Assembly: GCF_018398315.1 (NCBI RefSeq)
Contig: NZ_JAHBRW010000002.1
Location: forward strand, 22,637-46,636
DNA: 24,000 nt
Direction of reading: 5' to 3'
Source: Chelatococcus sp. YT9
Lineage (GTDB): Bacteria > Pseudomonadota > Alphaproteobacteria > Rhizobiales > Beijerinckiaceae
This document shows positions 17,051 to 24,000 of this stretch, one piece after another; position 1 is the stretch's first letter; the number at the start of each line of letters is the position of its first letter. Both the position numbers and the translations under genes were made by a program. The notes under the pieces are model-generated. The model saw only the letters and a program-made list of their open reading frames with translations, was not told where the DNA came from and searched no databases.

Positions 17051-17361
17051 CGAAGTGCGGCGCGATGGTGGGCATGGCTATCACGACCTCCTTTCAGACC
17101 TGCCCGGCGAGCTGGAGCGTCGGATCCTGATCAGCCCCGGCATTGGCTGGCTGATCATCGCAGGCCGGCAGTGGTTCGAGATGCATCTCGTGATGCTCGG
17201 CGTCGTCATGCTCCGCCTTGCACGCTTTGCCATGAACACCACCGCCGAGCGCACCGCACGGCATGCGCTGTCCTGACGGGACGGCCGCTGAACGGCGCTG
17301 GATGATGAGCGCCATGGACTGTGAAATACGAAGAATGATACTTACATGATTAAAGCCGTCG

Positions 17362-17384
17362 ATTTAGTATACAATCACTGTCAC
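17362..17384 (+). promoter_or_regulatory. candidate promoter/operator motif upstream of cysE (copy B of the shared motif)
   Basis: atttagtatacaatcactgtcac. 17/23 positions are identical to 11678..11700. It contains the -10-like TACAAT and sits in the only AT-rich patch upstream of cysE. The 10-mer AATCACTGTC ends 82 nt before the preferred cysE ATG at 17464. Confidence 0.3.
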
Positions 17385-17463
17385 GTGCTCACCGATGGTC
17401 GGATGGGAGCACTGCCCGGCGGTTTCCGACGCGGCGTGGAGTGGGATAGAAGAGGAAACCGAG

Positions 17464-18279
17464 ATGCGTTCCGCTCGTCAGAACATCGCTCTGGCCGATC
17501 CGATTTGGCTCACGATCCAGGCCGAAGCACGCGAGGGCGTCGCGCATGAGCCAGAACTGGCGAGCTTGCTGTATGCGGGCATTCTCCATCACAGCAGCCT
17601 GGAGGGAGCCGTCGCGGCGCGTGTTGCCAACCGCATAGCCCATGATTTCTTGCCGCCCGATCTGATCAATGCCGCTTTCTCGCAGGCCCTCCGCGCTGAT
17701 CGCAACATGCGGCAGGCCATCAGGGCGGATTTGGCAGCCGTTCTCGATAGGGATCCGGCCACGACGCGCTACCTTGAGCCGTTGCTGCATTTCAAGGGCT
17801 TCCATGCCCTGCAGGCCCATCGCCTCTCCCACTGGCTCTGGCGCGAGGGGCGCAAGGATCTCTCTCTCGCGATCCAGAGCGCGGCCGCCGAGGCGCTGCA
17901 GGTCGACATTCATCCAGCTGTGAAGATTGGCCTCGGAATCTTCTTCGATCACGCGACCGGTATTGTCATCGGAGAAACCAGCGAGATCGAGGATGATGTG
18001 TCGCTGCTGCAGGGCGTCACGCTGGGCGGCACGGGTAGCCGGAACTGCAAGAGGCATCCGAAGTTGCGCTCGGGCGTTCTCGTCGGCGCTGGCGCGATCC
18101 TGCTCGGTGACATCGAGATCGGCCATGGCGCGCGGGTGGGAGCGGGGTCGGTCGTGCTGCATTCCGTGCCGCCCTATACGACCGTTGCCGGCGTTCCCGC
18201 GGTCAAGGTCGGCATGGTCGATCGCACGATCGAACCGGCCAAAAGCATGGATCAGATGTTCTATGACGTGGGGCTGTGA
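17464..18279 (+). CDS. cysE: serine O-acetyltransferase
   Basis: SATase N-terminal helical domain (IWLTIQAEAREGVAHEPELASLL, DPATTRYLEPLLHFKGFHALQAHRLSHWLW) plus a left-handed beta-helix of hexapeptide repeats (GIVIGETSEIEDDVSLLQGVTLGG..., GAGAILLGDIEIGHGARVGAGSVV). ATG 17464 lies 7 nt after GAGGA and gives 271 aa. The ORF-track start at 17395 adds 23 non-conserved residues. Confidence 0.9.
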   Translation: MRSARQNIALADPIWLTIQAEAREGVAHEPELASLLYAGILHHSSLEGAVAARVANRIAHDFLPPDLINAAFSQALRADRNMRQAIRADLAAVLDRDPATTRYLEPLLHFKGFHALQAHRLSHWLWREGRKDLSLAIQSAAAEALQVDIHPAVKIGLGIFFDHATGIVIGETSEIEDDVSLLQGVTLGGTGSRNCKRHPKLRSGVLVGAGAILLGDIEIGHGARVGAGSVVLHSVPPYTTVAGVPAVKVGMVDRTIEPAKSMDQMFYDVGL

Positions 18280-18280
18280 C

Positions 18281-18295
18281 GGCAGCATCGCTGCC
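18281..18295 (+). terminator. weak hairpin just after the cysE stop (possible attenuator/terminator)
   Basis: GGCAGC-atc-GCTGCC: 6-bp GC-rich stem, 3-nt loop, followed by ATTCTGAAAA. It starts 2 nt after the cysE TGA. The U-tract is poor. Confidence 0.25.
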
Positions 18296-18393
18296 ATTCT
18301 GAAAAGCAGCGCATCCGCGACACCGTTCCTCTACCGGGCCGGGAACAGCGCGGCATCCGACGTGCGCAGGCCTGAGGGACAGGAGGCAAGCCA

Positions 18394-18840
18394 GTGCTGA
18401 CCAAGAAAGGCAAGTATGGCCTGAAGGCGATCGTATTTCTTGCCAGCCTGAAGCCTGGTCAATCTGTCCAGGTCGCCGAGATCGCCGAAGCCAACAACAT
18501 TCCGAAGAAGTTTCTGGATGCGATCCTCGGCGAACTCCGCAACGCCCGTTTTCTCAACAGTCGAAAAGGCAAAGGCGGCGGCTATATGCTGGCCCGACCG
18601 GCCGAGGAGATCATCATAGGCGATGTCGTTCGCGTTTTAGACGGTCCACTCGCGCCGATCCAATGCGCCAGTCGCACCGCCTATCGGCGATGCGATGACT
18701 GCGATGAGACCCGCTGTGAAATACGCCTGATGATGCTGGAGGTCCGCGAAGCCATCGCGAACGTGTTGGACAATCGCACCCTCGCTGACATGCGCGAATT
18801 GACGGATGATGCGATGGCGTCCTTCATCTATCACATTTGA
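18394..18840 (+). CDS. Rrf2 family transcriptional regulator (CymR/IscR-like) with a four-Cys patch
   Basis: 148 aa. GTG start 7 nt after AGGAGG. N-terminal Rrf2 wHTH (LTKKGKYGLKAIVFLA...VAEIAEANNIPKKFLDAILGELRNARFLNSRKGKGGGYMLARP). Cys91, Cys100, Cys103 and Cys108 lie where IscR/NsrR carry Fe-S ligands. Confidence 0.9.
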   Translation: MLTKKGKYGLKAIVFLASLKPGQSVQVAEIAEANNIPKKFLDAILGELRNARFLNSRKGKGGGYMLARPAEEIIIGDVVRVLDGPLAPIQCASRTAYRRCDDCDETRCEIRLMMLEVREAIANVLDNRTLADMRELTDDAMASFIYHI

Positions 18841-18841
18841 G

Positions 18842-18869
18842 GCTCCGCCGGAGCTCCCCGCGCCGGGGG
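18842..18869. terminator. two tandem GC hairpins between convergent genes (possible bidirectional terminator)
   Basis: GCTCC-gcc-GGAGC (18842..18854) and CCCCG-cgc-CGGGG (18856..18868). They fill the 36-nt gap between the rrf2 stop (18840) and the convergent dehydrogenase stop (18877). There is no clear U-tract. Confidence 0.3.
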
Positions 18870-18876
18870 AAGCGCT

Positions 18877-19866
18877 CTATTCACCGAGAACCGGCGGGCG
18901 CTTCAGCCCATACTGGTCGAGCATGGCCGCGAAGGCTTTCAGCCTGTTACGACGATAGGCATCGAGATCAAGATTGTCGTAGTCCAGGAAACCCTTGCCG
19001 GTCTTGAGCCCGATGCGGCCTTCGCGCATGTTGCGCTCGACGATGGCCGGTGGCGCATGGCGCGGATCATCGAGCGCTTTCGCCAAGTAATGGCTGGCAT
19101 AGTAAAGAATATCGCCGCCGCCCCAGTCGATGAATTCAAGCAATCCAAGTACCGCGAAGCGGAAGCCGAAGCCGTATTTGATGGCCTTGTCGAGTTCTTC
19201 CGCTGTGGCCACCCCTTCTTCGACCATGCGCGCGGCCTCATTCATGGCGAGCGCCTGAATACGCGGCACGATATAACCCGGGCTTGGCGCGCAGGTCACA
19301 GGTACCTTGCCGACTGCCTCCAGCAATGCCCTGAGCCGCGCTGTCACCCCCGGATCCGTCGCCTTGCCGGGCGACAGTTCGACGAGCGGCACGAGATAAG
19401 CGGGATTGAGCCAATGGGCATTAAGGAAGCGCTCTGGATGCTCCACCGCGCCGGAGAGATCATCGACCAGGATGGTTGATGTGGTCGAGGCTATGATGGG
19501 TTCCGGGCCGGCCAGCCGCGAGGCCCTGGCGAGTGCCTCGCGCTTGAGATCGAGCACCTCCGGCACGCCCTCGAAGATGACCGTGGCGGAAGACAAGGCC
19601 GTTTCCGCCTCAGCATCCGGCACGACCGAAACCCTTGCCGCGATCCGCTCGACGGCGGCGCTGTCGAACATCCCGAGTTCCGCCAGCATGCCGAGCGTGC
19701 CGCGCACCTCGCCTAGCGCCTCAGTGGCCAGGCGCGCGAAATCGTCCGCCGGGCGGGGCTTGAGATCGACGATGGCGACGGCATGGCCGGCATAGGCGAA
19801 GACCGCGGCGATGCCGCGCCCCATGCGGCCCGCCCCGAGGCAGGCGATACGTTCCCGCCCGCTCAT
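18877..19866 (-). CDS. 3-hydroxyacyl-CoA dehydrogenase family protein (HBD / L-carnitine dehydrogenase / lambda-crystallin-like)
   Basis: 329 aa. N-terminal Rossmann motif IACLGAGRMGRGIAAVFAYAGHAVAIVDL, central NAHWLNPAYLVPLVEL (compare the HFFNP motif of the 3HCDH family), and a C-terminal 3HCDH_C-like region (GFGFRFAVLG). ATGA overlap with the upstream gene's stop (19863..19866). Confidence 0.85.
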   Translation of the reverse strand: MSGRERIACLGAGRMGRGIAAVFAYAGHAVAIVDLKPRPADDFARLATEALGEVRGTLGMLAELGMFDSAAVERIAARVSVVPDAEAETALSSATVIFEGVPEVLDLKREALARASRLAGPEPIIASTTSTILVDDLSGAVEHPERFLNAHWLNPAYLVPLVELSPGKATDPGVTARLRALLEAVGKVPVTCAPSPGYIVPRIQALAMNEAARMVEEGVATAEELDKAIKYGFGFRFAVLGLLEFIDWGGGDILYYASHYLAKALDDPRHAPPAIVERNMREGRIGLKTGKGFLDYDNLDLDAYRRNRLKAFAAMLDQYGLKRPPVLGE

Positions 19867-20954
19867 TGGAAGCCGTCCCGCAAAAGGGCCTGCAACGACG
19901 CGCGGTCATAATCGCCGAAACCCACGCTGCGCAATGTGCGGCCGGTCTCCATGAAATCCTCGCCGCAGACCGCCCCGCCGATCGCCGCGAAAGCCTGCAT
20001 CAGGGGCGTCGCGACGCCGGCGAGCGCCGCGACCGAGCGAAAGAAGGACAGGCCGATGCGCGTATCCTCGACCATGTAGCGATGTTCCGTGAGGATGATG
20101 TTTTCGCGCCAATCGCCGGAATCGGTGAGCCGGTCATGGGAGCCGCGCCCGTACATCCATTCCTCGCCCTCGCGGGCGTAGTGATGGGCGAGCGGGAAAT
20201 GCGGCCCGCCGTAGCCCAGGGCCTCGCGGATGGCGATGCGCTCCGCATCGAGCGCATCGGTGACGCGGCGGATTGCCGGCTGCGTGCCTTCCTTATGAAT
20301 ATCCCAGCTTGGAAAATGCTCCAGCGGCCCCGCGTTCATGGTGATGAGCGGCGGGTGGATGATCGGTCCTGCATTCATCAGCGCGCCGGAGAGGGCATCG
20401 CCGCAGTCCTCGATCACGCCGGGGAACGCCTGCCCAATGACGTGGAGGGCATGAGCTTTCCGCGTCAATGGGAAGACGCCTGTCGGCAGCCGCTTCGCGC
20501 GCACCGTGATCGCCACCTCGAAGGGGCCGTGCTTGCGCGTCAGCCACGGCAGCGTGCCGGTCTCGGCGAAGGCCACATCGGCCCGATTGCCGGCATCATG
20601 GGCGGCCTTGGCGAAGATCATCGAGCCGAACGTGCCGGGCGGCAGGAACACGACCTGGCCCTCGGCGAGATGCGGCGCAAGCCGGCGGGCGATATCGGGC
20701 TGGGCGGTCGCGGGCGCCGGGCAGACGATGAGCTCGGCCCCTTCAACGGCCGCCGCGATATCATCCGTGACGAGGCCGATCGGCGCTTCGTGGCGACCTG
20801 CGAAATCCTTGATGGCGATGACGCGGCCGGCCGCGTTATGCGCCTTCACGGCCTCTCCGTCGCGCCGCCAAAGCCGGACATCATGGCCCGCGAGCGCGAA
20901 ATCCCCGGCTGCCGCGAACGAGCCGTTGCCTCCGCCAAGAACGGCAATCTTCAT
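19863..20954 (-). CDS. NAD/NADP octopine/nopaline dehydrogenase family protein
   Basis: 363 aa. N-terminus MKIAVLGGGNGSFAAAGDFALAGHDVRLW is typical of opine dehydrogenase-type Rossmann domains. Overall length and the C-terminal helical domain fit the family. GGGAGA SD upstream. Confidence 0.75.
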   Translation of the reverse strand: MKIAVLGGGNGSFAAAGDFALAGHDVRLWRRDGEAVKAHNAAGRVIAIKDFAGRHEAPIGLVTDDIAAAVEGAELIVCPAPATAQPDIARRLAPHLAEGQVVFLPPGTFGSMIFAKAAHDAGNRADVAFAETGTLPWLTRKHGPFEVAITVRAKRLPTGVFPLTRKAHALHVIGQAFPGVIEDCGDALSGALMNAGPIIHPPLITMNAGPLEHFPSWDIHKEGTQPAIRRVTDALDAERIAIREALGYGGPHFPLAHHYAREGEEWMYGRGSHDRLTDSGDWRENIILTEHRYMVEDTRIGLSFFRSVAALAGVATPLMQAFAAIGGAVCGEDFMETGRTLRSVGFGDYDRASLQALLRDGFQ

Positions 20955-20967
20955 CAGGGATCTCCCA

Positions 20968-22473
20968 TCACGCTAATTGTTGTTTGAGAACGAAATGCTG
21001 AACCTTGCCCATGGCATTGCGCGGTAGGCTCTCGACGAAGACGACCTCGCGCGGCACCTTGAAGCGGGCCAGATTATCGCGGGCATGGGCGATGAGCGCA
21101 TCGGCTTCGACAGCGCAGTCGCGGCGGATGACTACATAGGCGACAGGCACTTCCTGCCACCTCGGGTCGGGCCGGCCGATCACCGCGACTTCCGCGACTG
21201 CCGCATGTTCACCGAGAACGCGCTCCAATTCGGCCGGATAGATGTTCTCGCCACCCGAAATGATGACGTTCTTCTTGCGGTCATGGATGTGGAAATAGCC
21301 GTCCGCATCGCGCGTGCCGATGTCGCCGGTGTAATACCAGCCATTCTTCAGGGCCTCAGCCGTGGCGGCCTCGTTCCCCCAGTACTCGAAGAAGACGCTC
21401 GGTCCGCGCACGACGACCTCGCCGGCGGTGCCGTAGGGCACCTCCTCTCCTCTCTCGTTGACGATGCGCGCCTCGCAATGGAGGCCCGGCAGGCCGGTTG
21501 AGGTGCCCCGCGCCTCGCCGCCGAGACGCGTGTAGACGGCGATCGGGCAGGTCTCGGTGGAACCATAGACCTGCAGCACAGGGATGCCGCGCGCGGCGAC
21601 CGCGTCGATCAGGGGCTGAGGCACATTGACGGAGCCTGTGGACAGCGCCCGCAGGCTGGAAAGATCCGTCGTCCCCCAATCGGGATGTTCGACGACTGCC
21701 TGGATGGTGGTGGGTACGAGCACCGTATGGGTCGGCCGGTCCGTAGCGATCGCCGCGAGCGTCGCGTCCGGGGCGAACCGCCGGTGGACAGTGACGGTCG
21801 CGCCCAGCTGCAGCGCCGGTGTCGTCTGGATGTTCAAGCCGCCCACGTGGAAGAACGGCAGGACAGTCAGAATATGGTCGTCGCTCGTCAGACCATGCAT
21901 GTGCTGGCTCATGGCGGCGTTCCAGACCAGAGCCTCCTGCCGCAGCACCGCGCCCTTGGGCCGCCCTGTCGTACCCGACGTGTAGACGATCAGCAGCGGA
22001 CAGGAAAAATCGATATGGGGACTGCGCCCGTCGCCCATGCCCACTGCCAGGAGATCATCGAAGGAGATCGCATCCGGTGGGGCGAATTCCAGGCCGACGA
22101 CGCGCGTCTCCGGCGCGGCCTCGGCCAGCGGCGCGACCACGGCGGCATAGCTCTCCTCGACAAACAGCGCCTTCACCGAGGCATCGGTGAGGATGAAGAG
22201 CTGCTCCGGCAGGGCGAGCCGCCAGTTGATCGGCACCAGCATGGCGCCGAGCCGCGCGCAGGCGTAGAGCAGCACGAGATAGTCGGGATGGTTGGCGGCG
22301 AGGATCGCCACCCGGTCGCCGCGCCCCACACCGAGATGCGACTTCAGGGCGCGCGCCGTCGCGGCGATGCGCTGCGACAGATCACGATAGGTGAACGTCG
22401 CGCCCTCGAAGCGGATCGCCGCCTTATCCGGCGTGAAGGCCGCGTTGCGGTCGATGAGATCGGACAGATCCAT
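20968..22473 (-). CDS. AMP-dependent synthetase/ligase (acyl-CoA synthetase, class I adenylate-forming)
   Basis: 501 aa. AMP-binding signature LIVYTSGTTGRPKGAV, plus YGSTE, YYTGDIG, and the C-terminal catalytic Lys context NAMGKV. Confidence 0.9.
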   Translation of the reverse strand: MDLSDLIDRNAAFTPDKAAIRFEGATFTYRDLSQRIAATARALKSHLGVGRGDRVAILAANHPDYLVLLYACARLGAMLVPINWRLALPEQLFILTDASVKALFVEESYAAVVAPLAEAAPETRVVGLEFAPPDAISFDDLLAVGMGDGRSPHIDFSCPLLIVYTSGTTGRPKGAVLRQEALVWNAAMSQHMHGLTSDDHILTVLPFFHVGGLNIQTTPALQLGATVTVHRRFAPDATLAAIATDRPTHTVLVPTTIQAVVEHPDWGTTDLSSLRALSTGSVNVPQPLIDAVAARGIPVLQVYGSTETCPIAVYTRLGGEARGTSTGLPGLHCEARIVNERGEEVPYGTAGEVVVRGPSVFFEYWGNEAATAEALKNGWYYTGDIGTRDADGYFHIHDRKKNVIISGGENIYPAELERVLGEHAAVAEVAVIGRPDPRWQEVPVAYVVIRRDCAVEADALIAHARDNLARFKVPREVVFVESLPRNAMGKVQHFVLKQQLA

Positions 22474-22481
22474 ACGCGTTC

Positions 22482-23759
22482 TCAGTCGTCCTTTTCGCCG
22501 GGCTCGTAGAGCGCCTCGCGACCGATGCGATCGACGCAGATTTCGGCGGTCCAGGGCAGCATCAGCGCGCCGCAGCGGCTGTCGCGGTAGATCCGCTCCA
22601 GGGGCAGACTCTTCAGCATGGCCTGCCCACCGCAGGTGCGGATCGCCTTCACGGCGATCGCATTGGCGTTCTCCATCACGCTGTGCTGAGCCGCGTAGGC
22701 ACGCAGAACCTGCTCGCGGCTCGGATTGGCGCGCGCCTCGGTAATGGCCTGGAACCAGAGCGTCTTGGTCTGCTCCAGCATGATGCGCATCTCGGCCACG
22801 GCGATCTGCTTGGTCGGGAACATGCGCCGCTTCACCGGCGGCATGCCGGGCAGTTCGCCGCGCAGATAGGCCACCGTGAAATCATAGGCCGCCTGCGCCA
22901 GCCCCATATAGGTCGGCGACAGCGTCAGGAACATATGTGGCCAGCGGGTCGCCGCCTGGAAATAGACCCCATGCGGCATGAGCATCGCGTCCTCAGGCAC
23001 GAAGACGTCCTTGAAGAGGAGCGTGCGCGAGACGGTGCCCCGCATGCCGAGCGGGTCCCAATCGCCGACCACGGAGACGCCTTCGGCATTGGCCGGCAGG
23101 GCAAGGTAAAGCGTGTTGCGCCGGCTCGCCGCCTCGCCTTCGGCGCGCTCCGTGCACAGCACGCCATAGTAGTCGGCGGCGCCGGAGAGGGACGCGAAGA
23201 TCTTCTTGCCGTTGACGATGAAGCCACCCTCAACCGGCTTTGCCTCCGTGCCGAAGGCTATGGCGCCGGCCGCCGCCGCGCCGCCTTCGGAGAAGGGCTG
23301 GGCGTAGACAGCGCCCTCATTCACGATGCGCTGATAATGCACGCTGCGGCGCGCCCGATGGGCGGCGCGATCCGCGGGCGTCATCTCGAGTTCGTCGGCC
23401 AGGGGGCCGGACCACAGCGTCGAGCAGACATGCATGTTCCAGGAGAGCGCCGTCGCCCCGCAGTAGCGGCCGAGTTCGGCGGCGGCGAGGCAATAGGTCT
23501 GGAAGTCCGCACCGAGCCCGCCTTCATCCTTCGGGATGCAGAGCCTGAGCAGGCCCTCGCCGTGCATGTCCCGGAAATTCTCGATGGGGAAAGTAGCTTC
23601 CCGGTCGTGGATGGCGGCGCGCGGCGCCACCACTTTCCTCCCGAAGGCGCGGACCTTGGCAGTCAGTTCGGCCTGCTCATCGCTGAGCCGAAAGGCCTCG
23701 GGCGCGAACAGCGGCGCATCGACAGGCGCGCTGTCGAGATCGGTAGGTTGGGCGCTCAT
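22482..23759 (-). CDS. acyl-CoA dehydrogenase-fold flavoprotein, non-canonical (possibly type-2 / oxygenase-like)
   Basis: ACAD architecture is recognisable (LCIPKDEGGLGAD, DPLGMRGT, GLAQAAYDFTVAYL, LERIYRDSR). ATG 23759 follows GAGGGGA and lies just after the upstream gene's stop, giving 425 aa. The ORF-track start at 23861 would overlap the upstream gene by 89 nt. Confidence 0.8.
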   Translation of the reverse strand: MSAQPTDLDSAPVDAPLFAPEAFRLSDEQAELTAKVRAFGRKVVAPRAAIHDREATFPIENFRDMHGEGLLRLCIPKDEGGLGADFQTYCLAAAELGRYCGATALSWNMHVCSTLWSGPLADELEMTPADRAAHRARRSVHYQRIVNEGAVYAQPFSEGGAAAAGAIAFGTEAKPVEGGFIVNGKKIFASLSGAADYYGVLCTERAEGEAASRRNTLYLALPANAEGVSVVGDWDPLGMRGTVSRTLLFKDVFVPEDAMLMPHGVYFQAATRWPHMFLTLSPTYMGLAQAAYDFTVAYLRGELPGMPPVKRRMFPTKQIAVAEMRIMLEQTKTLWFQAITEARANPSREQVLRAYAAQHSVMENANAIAVKAIRTCGGQAMLKSLPLERIYRDSRCGALMLPWTAEICVDRIGREALYEPGEKDD

Positions 23760-23772
23760 TGGATCGTTCCCC

Positions 23773-24000
23773 TCATGCGCTCGGGTCGAGTTCTGCCAGA
23801 AAATCGAGAATGGCGGCGTTGAAGCTGACGGGCGCCTCGCAGTTCGGCAGATGGCCGACATCGGGCAGCAGCCGATAGCGCGCGCCGGGAATGCGTGACG
23901 CCATGCGCTCCATCATCGGCGCGGGTGCGTTGCGGTCATGCGCGCCGGCAAGGCACAGCACCGGCACACGGATGGCGCCGAGGCTGGCGCGCTCGTCGAA
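23773..24000 (-). CDS. alpha/beta hydrolase fold protein, C-terminal part (5' end lies outside the window)
   Basis: The frame stays open to the window edge (FDERASLGAIRVPVLCLAGAHDRNAP...LLPDVGHLPNCEAPVSFNAAILDFL). The C-terminal GH-containing block (DVGHLP) is the usual catalytic-His region of alpha/beta hydrolases. The M shown in the ORF track is an internal GTG codon. Confidence 0.7.
   Translation of the reverse strand, partial: FDERASLGAIRVPVLCLAGAHDRNAPAPMMERMASRIPGARYRLLPDVGHLPNCEAPVSFNAAILDFLAELDPSA

Noticed and set aside
17094-17315. 73-aa His/Cys/Asp-rich minus-strand ORF that looked like a small metal-binding protein
   Set aside because: No SD upstream of its ATG, and its third-codon GC is clearly lower than that of the overlapping + frame, so it is likely a shadow ORF.
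17389-18297. 302-aa minus-strand ORF antisense to cysE
   Set aside because: The + strand shows unmistakable serine acetyltransferase hexapeptide repeats. The antisense product has no motifs.
19866-23822. Three long + strand ORFs (19866..20987, 21685..22509, 22683..23822) opposite the minus-strand operon
   Set aside because: All are Arg/Gly/Asp-rich antisense shadows of recognisable ODH-like, AMP-ligase and ACAD-fold genes.
1-24000. Search for CRISPR repeats, IS elements or inverted terminal repeats, integrases, tRNA/rRNA genes, toxin-antitoxin pairs or defence-system genes
   Set aside because: No regularly spaced direct repeats, no transposase, recombinase or nuclease-like ORFs, and no tRNA-like cloverleaf regions were seen. 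Every sizeable ORF with credible composition is a metabolic, transport or regulatory gene.

Overview
High-GC, gene-dense window, probably from an alpha-proteobacterium of the Rhizobiales/Hyphomicrobiales type (inferred from GC content and bioBFDAZ gene order). It is almost entirely metabolic. I saw no rRNA, tRNA, CRISPR array, transposase, integrase or phage gene. Contents from left to right: (1) Minus-strand hyuA-hyuB (ATP-dependent hydantoinase/oxoprolinase-type lactamase), coupled to a small 2Fe-2S subunit of the HcnA/opine-oxidase type; that operon runs off the left edge. (2) An SDR gene divergent from an IclR regulator. (3) A ~560 bp stretch of visibly lower GC with no convincing gene, carrying one perfect and one imperfect BioR box (TTATMKATAA). 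(4) A bioB-bioF-bioD-bioA-bioZ operon in which every junction is an ATGA start/stop overlap; the last gene is the FabH-like BioZ. (5) A ~460 bp non-coding gap. (6) A four-gene NitT/TauT-family ABC importer (binding protein, ATPase, two permeases). (7) A convergent MarR gene, itself divergent from an orphan NicX-like (2,5-dihydroxypyridine dioxygenase family) gene. (8) cysE followed by a CymR-like Rrf2 regulator with an unusual four-cysteine patch. (9) A minus-strand operon of at least five genes: alpha/beta hydrolase (partial), non-canonical ACAD-fold enzyme, acyl-CoA synthetase, opine-dehydrogenase-like enzyme, 3-hydroxyacyl-CoA dehydrogenase-like enzyme. Best candidates for uncharacterised biology: the ABC/MarR/NicX-like module, the ACAD-fold/ligase/opine-dehydrogenase operon, and a 23-nt motif shared by the ABC-operon and cysE upstream regions at the same distance from both start codons. 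All functional calls rest on reading conserved motifs by eye; no database search was possible.
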